From Octopus vulgaris (Eukaryota), in assembly GCA_951406725.2 (NCBI GenBank), contig OX597822.1, positions 34,968,001 through 35,032,000 on the forward strand: DNA of 64,000 nucleotides, in the 5' to 3' direction. The notes beneath the pieces are model-generated. The model saw nothing but the letters and a program-made list of their open reading frames with translations. It did no database searches and had not been told where the DNA came from. The position numbers and the translations under genes were made by a program. Shown in pieces: positions 13,289-27,998 of the stretch (positions within the stretch are counted from its first letter, which is position 1; each line of letters begins with the position of its first letter).

Positions 13289-13649
13289 AAAAATATTTGA
13301 CTACACCTGCGTTAACTCCATTTTTTTATTCATATATATATATATATATGTATAAATGCTTTTTAATCAGTTATCAAACCACAGATCACTTCTATACACC
13401 TGGTGGTGTGTAAGAAAGAAGGGTAATGCAACACAAACGCAAATATTTTGACTGAAATGAATCTGATGACGCAATCTTGTCATTGGTTACTCCGACTGTT
13501 TGTTGGCACCGTTCGAAGTTAGTCACGATAAATTGCCCATGAAGCATTATTACTGCACAAGCTACAAGTTATCTATATTTGAAGCTACTCCGCGAGTCAG
13601 CTTCAAATGCTGTAGGCCAGGTGCTATCTATCGATTGTGATTGGAATAT

Positions 13650-13840
13650 TTAACTGAGAATCCGTGTTTGATTTCTGGAAACAAAACGCTGAAAGTGACA
13701 ACCTGCGTTGCTTTGGGCCTTCAACACCTGGGTCACTGTTCTGACATACGATATAGCTTTGTTAGGTTTAGGTCTGGTGGGTTCCATGAATCTTGGAATG
13801 TGACCACCGACGATTTCTTCCAAAATGAGTGGCCGACAGA
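13650..13840 (-). other. Candidate terminal exon, unidentified
   Basis: Acceptor ttattttatttctttgattctgtag, then an open frame CRPLILEEIVGGHIPRFMEPTRPKPNKAISYVRTVTQVLKAQSNAGCHFQRFVSRNQTRILS*; no homologue recognised. Confidence 0.3.
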
Positions 13841-14506
13841 CTACAGAATCAAAGAAATAAAATAATCCACTAAATTACACAAGTAATACGGTTATTTACC
13901 AACTCCGATGTAATGTCATGCAAAGCTGATCGCAGAGGAATTTAAACTCTCGGTGTAGGGAGCTGGAGCGAGTATTACAAATCAACCCAACACTCTAACA
14001 ATCTGCCATCTGGCTGCCTGTAAACTTCTACTAAATCATCGAAGACAGCAAATACGTTTCAAAATATCTCAGTAGATTTCCAGTTATGTATGTCTGAATA
14101 TACCTCAGACAGAACTTTCACCTCAAAACTTTGGTTGAAACAACAGTATGTGACAAGGCTGCACCTACTTTGATGGTATCGTTCCAACATATTAAAACTT
14201 AATCTTCAACTGAAGTCAGACTACAGGAATTATCCAACTCGAACTTTCCGGTATGCAGTTCTGTACAGAACTGCTTCATAATATAAATTCAATCTTGATA
14301 AATTTGCTTTTCATTTTATCAAATGCAATAATGTATGATATAGTCTAACATGGGATTGGAGTTATGGGAATTATTCCACCTTTTTAAAAACCATTCTTAA
14401 CTTTTTGACACCCTATTAAGTCTGATTCAGTTGACCTATGACCCAAAGTAAGTTCCGCCATATTATCCTATAGCTAGGAAAATATTTTCCTATGTAGTAT
14501 TCCTTT

Positions 14507-14896
14507 GTGGAGGCGCAATGGCCCAGTGGTTAGGGCAGCGGACTCGCGGTCATAGGATCGCGGTTTCGATTCCCAGACCGGGCGTTGTGAGTGTTTATTG
14601 AGCGAAAACACCTAAAAGCTCCACGAGGCTCCGGCAGGGGATGGTGGTGATCCCTGCTGTACTCTTTCACCACAACTTTCTCTCACTCTTACTTCCTGTT
14701 TCTGTTGTACCTGTATTTCAAGGGGCCGGCCTTGTCACTCTCTGTGTCACGCTGAATATCCCCGAGAACTACGTTAAGTGTACACGTGTCTGTGGAGTGC
14801 TCAGCCACTTACACGTTAATTTCACGAGCAGGCTGTTCCGTTGATTCGGATCAACCGGAACCCTCATCGTCGTAACCGACGGAGTGCTTCCACTAA
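14507..14896 (+). mobile_element. tRNA-derived SINE, type D head with type C tail, full length
   Basis: A box tggcccagtgg, B box gtttcgattcc; 11-bp TSD agtattccttt (14496-14506 and 14897-14907). Confidence 0.92.
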
Positions 14897-15467
14897 AGTA
14901 TTCCTTTATTCTCAGATTGTAGTGTAATATGGGAATTGAGATGCTTTTGTTGGTATGTTTATGCGTCTTTTCTATATTAAACTCTGTTTTAATGTTCGCA
15001 TTACTTACACGATCCTATGTTTCTGAACGTTGTCGGATAACACTCTTTAATTATTAAATACTTTTTTGACAAAACTGAAACTTGGAATTCTGGCTGTTAG
15101 AGATTTCTCAGGAAAAGTAGTATTTTTAAAGTGAAAACATTTGAATCTAGAATTGGTATACCGGAAATTTGTTTCCTAAGGTACGGAGCTCGCTATATCG
15201 TAATGTATTTCGTTGAATAGAGGAAATTGTTTCGTTTTAAAATTTGTAATAGCACTGAGAATCTATTTTGAAGAAAGATTTAAGACAGCGATGATGATAA
15301 ATATCCATTGGAAAGATTATCAATAAGATTTAGTGGACTTGCTGACGCTGATCGCCACTAGTTTCCATGAAATGAAAAATATTTTGGCGTTCAACAATTC
15401 AAATTTTATTTACCTGTAATCCGCATCATGTTCTTCTTCTTATTACTACTATTATTATTATTATAAC

Positions 15468-15660
15468 GGTTGCGAACTGACAGAAACTTTAGCACGTCGG
15501 GCAAAATGCTTAGCGGAATTTCTTCCATCTTCCATCTTCAAATTCCGCCGAGGTCAACTTTGCCTTTCGTCCTTTCGAGGTCGATACATTAAGTGCCAGT
15601 GAAATGCTGGGATCAAAGTAATCGACTAGCCCCTTCCCCACAAATTTCAGGCCTTGTTTT
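15468..15660 (+). mobile_element. SINE type A
   Basis: aaattccgccgaggtcaactttgcctttcgtcctttcgaggtcgat. Confidence 0.8.
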
Positions 15661-16972
15661 TAGGCTTGGAACGAAGCTAATTGCGTGATGTTTTCTAGGC
15701 TTGCGACTAAGCTGATCGCGTGATAAGTTCCAGCGATGACAATTCTGATTGACTTCACCTTTTAGTGTTTCGGAATCGGTTTAAAAAATTAATAAGTCAA
15801 GTACTAGAATCGATGTAATTGAATTACTCGCAGTCACTAAAAATTCCGTTGTGTGTGCGAAAATTATCAAAAAAAAATATTAGTAATAGTGATCCAACCA
15901 ACACACTTTAAAGAATAGGCTGTGATGTGATGCTTTTTCTATCATGATAAACAACCATGTAAATAATCCCTACATATTCATCGGTGCCGTGCATAAATTA
16001 GCGAAATATAACCCACAAGCGAGCCGAATTTCAATGCTGTTTCGGTTATTTGTTGAAACATTTATTTCACTCAATGTATAAATGCTCTTGGGAGACGTTT
16101 TTATGCCACGGATTATTTTTCTATCTTATCAAAAGTCCAAGTCTTTTCTTTTGTTATATTTGATAAAATAGACAGATAAATAAATCAAAACATATTTCAT
16201 TCTATTGATGGACATTTTGTGAAGACATACAGATAAATTTAGCCATTGAAATTCTCTTTCACAATATTGATTCTCCAAGCAATTCACTGATCGATTTCCA
16301 TGAAGAACATTACGAAATTCGTAGTCGACATGTGTCTATGAATCCTTTCGAAACTAAGGAAGTTTGAATAGATGTTTCGAAACATCATAAGGAAATATAC
16401 TTGCGATTAATCGATTGGTACTTCCTAAAAGTACATATGCCTTCATGTTTATAGTGAAAGTAGCAGATGTTTTTCCACATTCTAAGAAGGAACATTTCTT
16501 TTCTTTAAACATAACACTTAAATGGTTTAAAAATGTGTTTCTATATAAATTTGTAGCCACAACTAATTTTTATCCTTTCATTTCGTAATTGACAAAACTG
16601 GTAGAATAATAGGAAACATTGCACAATGAAGAATATACACTTGGTATTTCTCTTTTGAATAAACATAGCAAGAATTTATCATGGTTAGGGGCGTTTTCTG
16701 TCTAAATTGACATCAAAACATTGATATATCGCTGTCTATTACTTATAGAATATTAAGAGCCATAAGGCGGCGACGTGGCAGAATCGTTAGCATGATGGAC
16801 AAAATGCTTAGTGGTACTTTGTCCGACTATACGTACCGGTCCCTGACACATTGGAAAAAAACTGCTGGTACATCAGATCAGCTAGTTTGAGAAGCACTGC
16901 CCTAGATTACATATTCTCTAACACTATGCTATTACTGCCATGTCAAAGACACACATTTGCAAAGACTAGTTT

Positions 16973-17277
16973 TTTTTATGTGCCCTTTTCAATCCTAGCC
17001 AGGCTCATGGGCCCGGTTTCCCAGCTTCTATCTATGTTCCCCCCAGCTTGACGGGATGCCAGTCCATCGCAGCGTTACTCAAGAAACAGGAAGAAAGAGT
17101 GAGAGAAAATTGGGGCGAAAGAGTACAACAGGGGTTACCACCACCCACTGCCGGAGCCTCGTGGAGCTTTAGGTGTTTTCGCTCAATAAACACACACAAC
17201 GTTCGGTCTGGGAATCGAAACTGCGTTCCTCCGGCTGCGAGTCCGCTGCCCTAACCACTGGGCCATTGCGTCTTCAC
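16973..17277 (-). mobile_element. SINE type D, full length, with V-domain-like tail
   Basis: Same head as 14507; tail gcgatggactggcatcccgtc plus A tail; TSD aaagactagttt / aaagtctagttt. Confidence 0.9.
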
Positions 17278-17973
17278 AAAGTCTAGTTTGGTAAGTTGAA
17301 TTCAACGCATCATATTTCTCCTAAAAATTTTACTGAGTGTAAGAGATAATAGGCAATTTCCGCTAGATAAGGCATAACAGCCATGGTTATAAAAGTTAAT
17401 GGGCCTTCGTCGGTTTCGTCGATATGTGTTCAGACGTTCAGTGAACTAAACAAACCTGCACATCGAACTAAGGAGTATGTAAATAATTACTCCACACCCA
17501 CGTACTCTTAATCTAATACTCAGATGGAATAAACGTGACAAAGTGTGAGACAAGGCTAGACGTTGGTCTTGCAAATACAATCCATGCAACAAGATGCTAA
17601 AAATATTCCAATCAAGCTGAGTCCTCTTATAAAGGTCGGGTCGACTCGAAGCTATGGAAAAGTACTCTTGCCCAAATAGGTCACATGGCTACAAACAAAC
17701 TTTTTTTAACCATACTGTCATGCTAATTCTTCCAGACAGAATATAAACTTGCATATACTAAATACCATGTCTTTAATCCACATAACTGGTACCTTTTTGT
17801 CATAATTTTCTTTACATTTTCGATAAGAGGTTTTTCCTTCGGTTTAAGATGAGACATAATCCGTCTACCTCTCTCCTTTTCTCTCTCTCACTCTCTCTCT
17901 CTCTCATATATATATATGATATGTGTGTGTGCATATACAGACAAGTATATATAAATGTATAATTTAATACATG

Positions 17974-18032
<59 letters not shown>

Positions 18033-18166
18033 CACACACATCAGTGATGTATCTATAACTGTTCCAGGTTGTAGGCTACAATTTTTTCCATTCAAGGAGC
18101 TGAAATTTTGAATAGGTAAAACGACAATCATTGTGCTGCTAAGAGAAAATATTTGTGTGTGTGTGT

Positions 18167-18219
<53 letters not shown>

Positions 18220-18724
18220 ATGTATGTGTGCGTGTGTGTGTGTGTCTGTGTGTGGTGTGCCTGATATGTATCATTAATGGCTTTTTACACATTAACTCTA
18301 ATGTTTACATACAGATATATAAATATATATATATATAGATAGATAGATAGGTAGATAGATAAATTTTATAGTCTGCTTTTTCCCTATTCTATTACTCTCG
18401 ACAAATAGTACAACATAAACATTAAACGTAATGATTATAGACTGCTTAGAGGAGAAAATAATGTCAATAGGAAGAAAAAACAAAAATTCTTTAATTCATA
18501 ATATGATTATATTTAACTGATTTAATTACATAATTAAAGGAAACAGATTAAATAGCGTCGTGTGGCTTGATGAATAAGTGATAAGGAGTAGGAATACTAT
18601 AATAGAACAGTTAAATAGAATTAATTTTACCCTTAAGATTAATCACATTACACGCACAATAGCACAAACACACGCACGTCTATGTACACATGTACGTGAA
18701 TGTATGTATACATCTGTATTCTAT

Positions 18725-18803
<79 letters not shown>

Positions 18804-19000
18804 CACCTAATTTCTGAATTACTACTACTTAGCGGTTTGAGTCCTGGCTGCTCTTTCTAGTGGACGAATGGTCTATTAAGGCCATTCCTTAATTGTTAAA
18901 TTTAAAATTTTTATATATTTAGTGTTTGACTATTTTCTCTTTCCCACTAGACCGCTGGTAGCGATAAATTTCTATTGAATTTTTTGCTACCCTAAATTGA

Positions 19001-19057
<57 letters not shown>

Positions 19058-21449
19058 TGGTTAATGTATTAGGAAGACCGCATTAAAAGTACACGTTAAA
19101 ATATGAAAATCAGCTGTACTTTTCATCATTTTAAAGCCGATTAAAGGAAGTACCACTCTGTACTGTGGTCAAGTGAATCGACTAATCCTGCTGTTAGGTT
19201 GGGGAACTGTAATAGTCTGAAAAGAAGTCTTGCATTATTTAGTGACGGCGCTTTACGTTCTGTGCTCTACTACAGCTGTTCTTCCCATTAGTTTTTATTG
19301 CTCAACAAAAGACATGCTTCCACGGGAGAAAAATCCCCAATGGAGCTATAGATAATGCAACGGCATGTAAACATTTCTGATGCGTAGCAAATATTAGTCG
19401 ATAAAATTAGTACAGATCAGTTACAGAGGTTGATATAACCGATTGTTCGCCCTCCTAGCCAAATCCTAGCCTTGTGCCTATGGGAAAAATCAATATTCTC
19501 TTAGCTATTATTGGTTTTGTTCTTTTTACAGTTCATCAATACTTTATCATTGATTCGGAAGAATTATTGGTGCACACCCAGACGGAATAATTACTACTAA
19601 ATATATTATTCACTTTGGGAAAACTATTTAACTGTGAGATTAGAGAAATACAATGATAAAGCAATAATTATGAACCTTTGCTCCCTTCAATGACAACATC
19701 AATAGCAGCAATAATAGACAATAACAATTATATTCACTAGTTTCAATAAATGCTGTCCTTATTTAATTGTATCGGGACAACAATGGCTAAATCACTTATT
19801 GAAATCAAAATCATATTTTCCAGCCACTTTTACAATTTGTGCGACCAATGTTTTCCTGTGTCCTAGCAATTATTTTATAAGTTCTTTTCATGTCATGCAA
19901 AAGGGAGACGAAAACTATAATTTCAAAATATTCAATCAAAGCCACAAAGAAAGTATACAATTCTATTCGGAATATAGAATAATAAAGAACAGTGATTTTA
20001 GAAGCATTAACATTCAAGTTATAATTCTCAGAGCACCTGTAACTGAACGCGTTCAGGAATTTAGTTTAATATACAATTTCTCCCAGACAGGTCAACAACA
20101 AATCTGGTGGACTACACTTAGAGAAGGCAGTTCAAGTTGGCATGCTGACAAATGTCTGATATAAGGCGAATTTTCAATCTGTTTTGCATGTGATGCGTTT
20201 TAAAGAGTGAACCATGCCAGAAATTATAAATGGCGGCATGCATAATGCCATAACGCACAAACACGTAAAATGTTCTGATGCTTAGCGATATATCCTCATT
20301 CATAAGTTAATTATATTGATTTTAATTTCAATGGCTGGACGTTAGACAAACAAGCTAAAACTATAAAAACAAAATAAAATAATTTTAAAATAAAACATGT
20401 GACAGCCATTCCAAGGAAAGAAAGGGAAAATAATGGAAGAAGCTCATCACTCGATATCCTGTTCTAAGGTGCGCGATGGAATTACATCGTATGTGTTTCA
20501 TATAAAATAAACAAGCCCAGGTTTATAACGTAACGAAACGAAAAATAATGATGAAAGTATTTTTCAAAGCAGATTGCGTATATTTCTAAAACTGATATGA
20601 CAGTAAAGGTAGAGCGCTATATTTTCCCAACTTTTATTATATCTTCTCTTTTCTTGTCAGCATCTTGAAATAATTAAAAGGAGATATTTCAAAAATATTG
20701 TATGAAAAACATCAACTGCGGAAAATAGATGAAAATTAAGAGTGGTTCCAATTAAACTACATTGAGATTAGATCTATAGTTTATAATGCAATAAGATAAA
20801 TCTAAAAATGAGCTTACATCACATTAGTCTACAATTTTCGATGATGATACGGATTAAAAATTAACCATAAAGATACGGATTAAAAATTAACCATAATTAA
20901 TCAATCGTTCTATGCATCTAGACAAAACCCTCACCTAATGTATAAAGCGCGCAAATCTACTCTATCTCATCCCATATCATGTTTGATTCATCTAAAGCAA
21001 TTATTTCATATGATAAACCTTTTTCTTTCACAATATATCTTCCATTTTATATGTCCATTACAGCAAAGCGGCGATAATTATGCCTGTAATACTATGTTGA
21101 ACAGCCAAATTATTAATCAGTTTTCCTCTACAACCAAATTAGTTAATCTTCCTCCGTTAAATGAATATTTTCTGCCTTCAATAGAATCTTATGAGTCTTA
21201 GATCGAAATTACTGGATCAATATTTATCCATATTTCATATATATATTCAGTCGTGAATTTCCCGTAATGCTGTGTTGTTAAGATCAACTACAGGGAAGTG
21301 TCTCATATGTAAATATATTCATAATCTTTTCTCTTGATTAAAAAAAAAACTATGCACGAACCATAGAACTCTTCAACTGATCTGAGGCATACATAAGCAG
21401 AGATAAACGATCGAGATAGCATCCTATCCTCTTCCTCAGCAGTATAACT

Positions 21450-23750
21450 CTATAATATTGACGGGAGATGCATATCACTTGAGTCAGATATACCTAAAGG
21501 ACCAACCAATACAACCTAATTTTCAGTTATATCTTCATTTTCAAATGGTTTAGAATATCGAGTGATGCTCTGTTTTTGTCACTTTTTAATTCGCCAATCT
21601 TTACTTTAAAATCAAGCATCGGTTTACCTTGTAATTTTGTTTCGTAATTGCTCTCCCCTTTCGATAAGCTATAGAAAAGTAGAACAAGCACACATAAGCA
21701 TACATACGCACATACACAAATACATCAACGCATTCATGCACGCATAGCTCACACATTTTAGAGTGTCTTCAAGCTGTTATTTGGTATAGTGTCTTTGTAT
21801 GATTGAGGTAATTATATAATATTGGCCATCAATAATTGTAGGCAATAAACTTTTGAAAATTTGCAGATAATACGTCGACGGTGATAAATGAAAGTAACCT
21901 CCTGAATAACAAAATATTTTATAAGCATTTGCTAATGCCATTAGGACTAATCGGCATCCACTAATTATAAGTAGATTGAGGGGTATAAAAAATATAGCAT
22001 TGTTCTAGCTCTTTTGTAATATCGACACTGATCTCAGATAGCAAATATATACTTCTAAAAACAACACATTATTCATACAATATAAGAAACGAGATACCTA
22101 GATCAAATATACGAAGTTGTATTGATTCCTTTCAATTTTAATATGTACATGCACATATGTTTGTTTGAGTCTGCATGTATTGTGTTTCAATACCTATATC
22201 TGAGTAAATGTATGGGTACGTGTACAAGTGTATACCTGTGTCCGAGCATTAGTGTCGTACGCTTCACGTTCAAGCACTAACTGTCACTACGAAAATTACT
22301 GCAAAAATATATTTCTATCATCATTTAGGATGATCAGACTAATGTAACGGGAAGTGAGATTAAGAAAATACTCGGCTGCTGGCAAAATAGCACAAAATTC
22401 TGATCATAATTTTGCCCAACGTAAAATAGAATGCTTCGTAATATTATTAGATTTGTCATTTACCTCTGAAAACACGTTATACTACCTTCGAAACCAATAA
22501 AACATGCCAGGTTCTTTATCTGTATGGATCGATAAAGATGAAGTTTGACTTTCTTGTGTTTTCCTTCGTCGAATCCAAGTCACAAGACTATTCAACTTCA
22601 CATGCGAAGCTTCCCCCATAAATTTCTTTTGGAAAGCATAAGAAACTCACAAATTCTTGCGTTTTTCATTTTAAGCCTATCAGGTATTTTTGTTAACATT
22701 TCATTTGTTGTTGCTTACTGGTTGTCATTTTTATTTATCCTCAAGTAAACCCTGGTCCAGGGATTCTGAGATATATTCTAGTCGTCACTAGCCATACTTT
22801 TTTTACTTGACTACAACTTGATATCATTGCTGTGTTTTATTCCCAACACGTACGTGATCTCATTCATAAGTTAACGAAATTTTAACCGTGACCACTCCGC
22901 CTCTACATTTTCGGACATAATGCAACTAGCATGTTTCATCCAATGAGTCCTCATTTTACTCAGACCATCGATGTGATATAAAAAATATCTCACTGATATT
23001 TCAATGTAGATACGTCATTTTATTGATTTATTTAGAAGCCTGCCTAAGACTATCCATATATGTGTTGTGCATATGTGTATGTATATATGTATGTATATAT
23101 ATATATGTATAAATGTGTATGTATATATGTATGCAAGTACACACACACACACTCTTATGTGTGTAGGGGGGTGACGACGAGAATATGTGTAATACCTGTA
23201 TGTGCTACGGGGTGTTCTGCATTTTTTTTATTTTTGTTCAGGGTGTTATTTTAGATATCTCGCGGATTATAGGATTTTAGTACGTACGCAATGCTGAAAT
23301 GGTTAATGGGATAGTCAGTTATTTTTCCAATAGAAATGAAATGAGAAAAAAACATATTATGTAATATCTAGAACACAAATCTGGTTCGGTTCAGCAGAAC
23401 AAAATAACACTTTTCGAGGAGATTAAGATAAATACCATGGAAAAATTTTCTGGAACATTTTCTGAAATCATTTTAGGATTATGAAGGGTTGAACCTGGAG
23501 AACAGGAATTTGTATGGCGACATAGATTACAATGCAACTCCAGACAGACGAAGCAAGATAAACGAACATTATGATGTAAAGTTGATATCAGTTTAAGAGG
23601 TAATCGTCTTTTGCAGATGCAGAATTTTCAGTGGCATTCTTCATCAATAATGTGATGTCTTCGAATGTTGCATGATAGCAGGTCGATCGGTGCATGACAT
23701 GATCAAAGTCAAAGTAAACTTCTGTAAGCCAACTAATACAGAAATAAGAA
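21450..23750 (+). repeat. Old tandem segmental duplication, unit 1
   Basis: Colinear diverged blocks shared with about 24940-28700, e.g. gccaatcttt, aattttgtttc..attgctct, aaatttgcagataatacgtcgac, attataggattttag. Confidence 0.7.
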
Positions 23751-25989
23751 GTGAAGTTGAGTAACAAATTATCTAATCCTGTGATTCCAGTAATATATTT
23801 ATCGAGGATATGTGAAGACGCGTTGTAACGGTTTTTGTCGTCGACACCCGATCATAATATCAAGAGCTCAATTACTGCCCCGGGAGTTGCATTGAACCCT
23901 AGTGCAAGGTACTTCATTTCATGTATCTCCAGACTTCTCAGTCAAATACGGCTACCAGCTTTGTCTTCCCTCCGGCTGACACATCATGGATGTGCCGCAG
24001 AGGGTAGGGGAATCGGCAGTTAATTCTGCACCTAAAAGAGCGAAAGCATGGTACTTGTTACAAAGCCATTCTTATTCAGGGGTGATGGCTAGCTCTTAAT
24101 TCACAAAATAATGTCCCCTTTTTGCATTCCATTCTAAGTGCAAGTCCTATCTCTCGCCATCTCTACATAAAGCGCTTTTTGATGCCTTTCCAAGCGTTAG
24201 TCTTAAAATATATTTGAGAATGTTGGTTACTATTTACGCAGTAGATAAATAATACACAACATGACACTGATAAAGAAATATTGGTGAATCACAATGAACC
24301 ATGAAAGTATAAATGTTTTTGTGTTGAACAGATATAAAGAACAGTATTCTAAAATAGACACAAGTTGAGGAGTTCATAAAATATTTTCAAATTCTGCGTG
24401 CATGAATGAAGTGTTATGTTTATAACTGAGGGTTTATAAATCTTACTCTATTTAGCTTAGATAAATGTTTCCATCGATAGATACATTTAACCTTTGTGCA
24501 TATATATAATTAGTCAGATTTTTCATTTCCTATTTATGTATAACATTTAACATTTACGCTTCTAAAATTTATGTATTTAAATTTATGAATAACTTCTCAG
24601 ATTTTTTATCTAATATTAAGCCTTTCTTTATAGTGTTATCATGTGCATTCCGGTGCAAACCAACATATACGTAAATTTGGTGATATGTCACGTATTTCAT
24701 TTGAGTATGAAGTGACAACTGCACCTGAAATTTCTCAGGCTCTCTGGGGTTTAAATGCTGCTTCTTTTGTATTTTGTCCCAAATTATTTATTATCCCAAA
24801 TACTCATATGCTTACAACCTATCTCAATTACATGTAAGTACGTGCGCCAAGTTTAAATGACATTCTCTCATTTATAGCAGCGGAATTATTATTGAATAAA
24901 CATGGCGGTTGTCACTTTGCAGGGATGAGATAACAACTTACTCGATTGAAGAGGCGTAATGAATATATCAGATATCGCCTTCATCCTTAAGCCGGCTAAA
25001 AAAATGACATATGCTGCAGCTTAAAATCAAGTCTAGATCATGTAAAACTATTAACCATATATATATATAATTTGCTTATTTTGGATTTGTTACTGGTAAC
25101 GAAGTGAATCCATTTTCCCCTTCTTAATTGGCCAATCTTTGTTTTAAACGCGAACATGAGAGAGCACAATTTTGATTTTCTGACGAAATTTTGTTTCATG
25201 ATTGCTCTTCCTGTTTGATAAGCTGCATAATAGAAAAGGAAAATATGCACATAAAAAGAATACCTGTATGTAGCCATTTGGTTTAGCCTCTCTCTGTATA
25301 ACTGAATCAATTATACAAAATTGCTCATCAAAAACCTTAGCTATAACTGTAGAGAAATTTGCAGATAATACGTCGACAAGGATAACTGAAATTAGCTACC
25401 TCAATAACACAGCTGAAAATCTTTTATCAATGGTCGTTAATGCCATTATTGCTAATCAGTGCCTCTACTTTCGGCTAGAGATGAGGAGAAACAACGATTA
25501 TAGTATAGTAATTTCCTCAGAAATAGCGAGAGTCATTTCAGGAATCAAATATGACCATCCAGAGATTGCTTATAATTAATATTATATGAGATATTTGAAT
25601 GTCATTCGGAAACATATATGAAAACCCTTCGGTTTTAACATGTACGTACGTGCATGGATTTCTTTGTGTGAATATGGGTAATATATGTGATTGCGTATAT
25701 GTATGTGTGTACGTATATATATATGTATGTGTCCACGTGTATGTATGTTTCTGTCTGTGAGATTGTGCGTGTGCGAAGAATTATGTCTATTTTCTGCACT
25801 TCAGAAATATTGTGGGGTATTGGCAAAACCGTTTATCGCAGAATTACAGTGGATTCTATAATCAAACAAAATTTGGCAGAAGGTAGGGCTAACAAGGTCG
25901 TCAGCATATTTCTGCTGAGAGCCGACTGTATTTGTCTCACACACAACACAACGCTTCTTGCGCACGTTTGAGTGATGTAGTAAGCATCA

Positions 25990-26043
<54 letters not shown>

Positions 26044-26201
26044 CATACTTTCCTCTCTGTACTGTATATTTATTTCTTTTGGCATCTGATTTTTATTAAT
26101 TGCCTATAATATAGCTGTATCTATTAATGTGCTGCTATTGTATACACATACCGCGAAGAAAACTTGTTGAACATAAGTTATTTTCAAAAGATACATCTTT
26201 C

Positions 26202-26303
26202 AATCACCTGAAGAGGCACATCTACACCGACAGAAACTCCTAAACCAGTTGTTCATTATCCAACCTGTGAAGGATCGATACTAGCTGGGTGGAAACAATG
26301 ATT
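26202..26303 (+). ncRNA. Degraded hammerhead-like motif
   Basis: aatcac-CTGAAGA-GG...GAAAC..tgatt; stem I aatca/tgatt, helix III incomplete. Confidence 0.3.
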
Positions 26304-26421
26304 AATAAATATTCTCGTATCTTCCTTCTTCCGTCCTTCTCATTAATCAAATATCCAACGAACACTGAAAGTGAACGCGCTTTACCGTTAAGCTACTAGG
26401 TGTACACCTTACGATTTATTA

Positions 26422-26478
<57 letters not shown>

Positions 26479-26611
26479 TATATGTACTCATGTATATATA
26501 TATATATGAATATATGTACTCATGTATATATATATATATAGGTATGTATATACGCATATATTCACATATATACATATATAAATATATACACGCACATATA
26601 TACATATATAT

Positions 26612-26945
26612 TATATTTGCCACCTGAATGTGGCAGTCCCATTGGGGACGATGCTACTGTTGTTTATAGCCCTAGGAAGAGATCTCTCCCAGCTGGCTAA
26701 CGACACACTGTCTGTGTCCGATTATTATTTACGATTGGAAATGATCATTACGTGATACACGTAGACAGGGGACGATGATTTCCTCCGGGTCTGTGTATAT
26801 CATGTAATAGGATGATTTCCCTTCGCAAATACTAATCGGACATAGACTGTGCGTCGTTAGCCAGCTGAAGGAGTTGTCTTACTGGGGCTATAAACAGCAG
26901 TAGCTTCGTCCCCTGTCGGTCCGCCGCATTTAGGTGGCAAATATA
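26612..26945. mobile_element. Fold-back (MITE-like) palindromic element, arms about 155 bp
   Basis: tatatttgccacctgaatg... pairs with ...catttaggtggcaaatata along the whole length; sits in a TA tract. Confidence 0.85.
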
Positions 26946-27016
26946 CTTCGCGATTCCGTGTTGCTAATGTTTACGCCTCGTTCGGAGATTTATTATTGCT
27001 ATATATATGTACATTT

Positions 27017-27066
<50 letters not shown>

Positions 27067-27076
27067 CCCCATATCC

Positions 27077-27129
<53 letters not shown>

Positions 27130-27967
27130 TAATACTAAGTAATTAAGTAATTAAGTAATACTAAGTAATACTTAAACTTTCCTCGAATGGGGCTTTTACA
27201 TGCCGAAATCTACTTGGTGAAATTAATGATTATTCCAAATTAATTAATTTCACCCTATATTATTACTTATATATATATATATATATATATTCCTATGCAC
27301 ACACACACATATATACATATATAAACATACACATAAATATACATATGCAAACATACTTATATATATCTATATAAACTATATACACACATACACGTATGTG
27401 TCTGTGTGAGTGTGTGAAAGAGCGTGTCTTAGTGGGTTGTGTATTCGGCTCGCGATCTCAAAATCGTGGGTTCAATTCCTTGAGCAAAAGACTTTATTTC
27501 ACGTTGGTGCAGTCCACTCAACTGGCAAAAAAACAGTGTAGGTAGGTGGCGCTACGAGATAGATCATGTTGTCTGTTGACACCATTTGTCAACAAGCGAG
27601 ATATATATTTTCAGTTGACAATACGCAGTGAATAGCTTGTTCCCCAATGTGCATCAAGCTTGTAGATACCAATTAACTCTTGTTTGTGGTTGTTGTTGTT
27701 GTTGTTGTTACTGTTGGTTACGTTTTTGTTCATCATCCGATGCTCGGTGATCCAGCAGAGATAGGATCAAGTATATTCAAGCCATAACCTGCTAGTCTTG
27801 TATTGGTATCTACAAACACATTAAACAATGTCATTCTGAACATATGCGTAAGCAAACATTATCAATGGAATTTCAGACCTGTTCATTGCACTTTTTCTTT
27901 TCTTTTCCTTATACATAATGAGTCTGCTATTACATTATCCAATATATATTTTCTCTTTTTGTTTCAG

Positions 27968-27998
27968 TCAGTTGGGTATGATATTTGGGATTTGGCAG
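27968..27998 (+). other. Candidate 31-nt exon
   Basis: Strong acceptor ttttctctttttgtttcag and donor CAG|GTAATT; reads SVGYDIWDLA(G) or QLGMIFGIWQ. Confidence 0.3.

Noticed and set aside
14507-14580. tRNA gene
   Set aside because: A and B boxes belong to a SINE head with a TSD; no complete cloverleaf. The same applies at 52334, 56260 and 62278.
19799-20164. 121-aa ORF
   Set aside because: TTG start, AT-rich composition and no recognisable domain.
20846-20896. Short direct repeats as a CRISPR-like or regulatory array
   Set aside because: A simple 25-bp tandem duplication without spacers in eukaryotic DNA. The same applies at 48090-48150 and 60550-60656.
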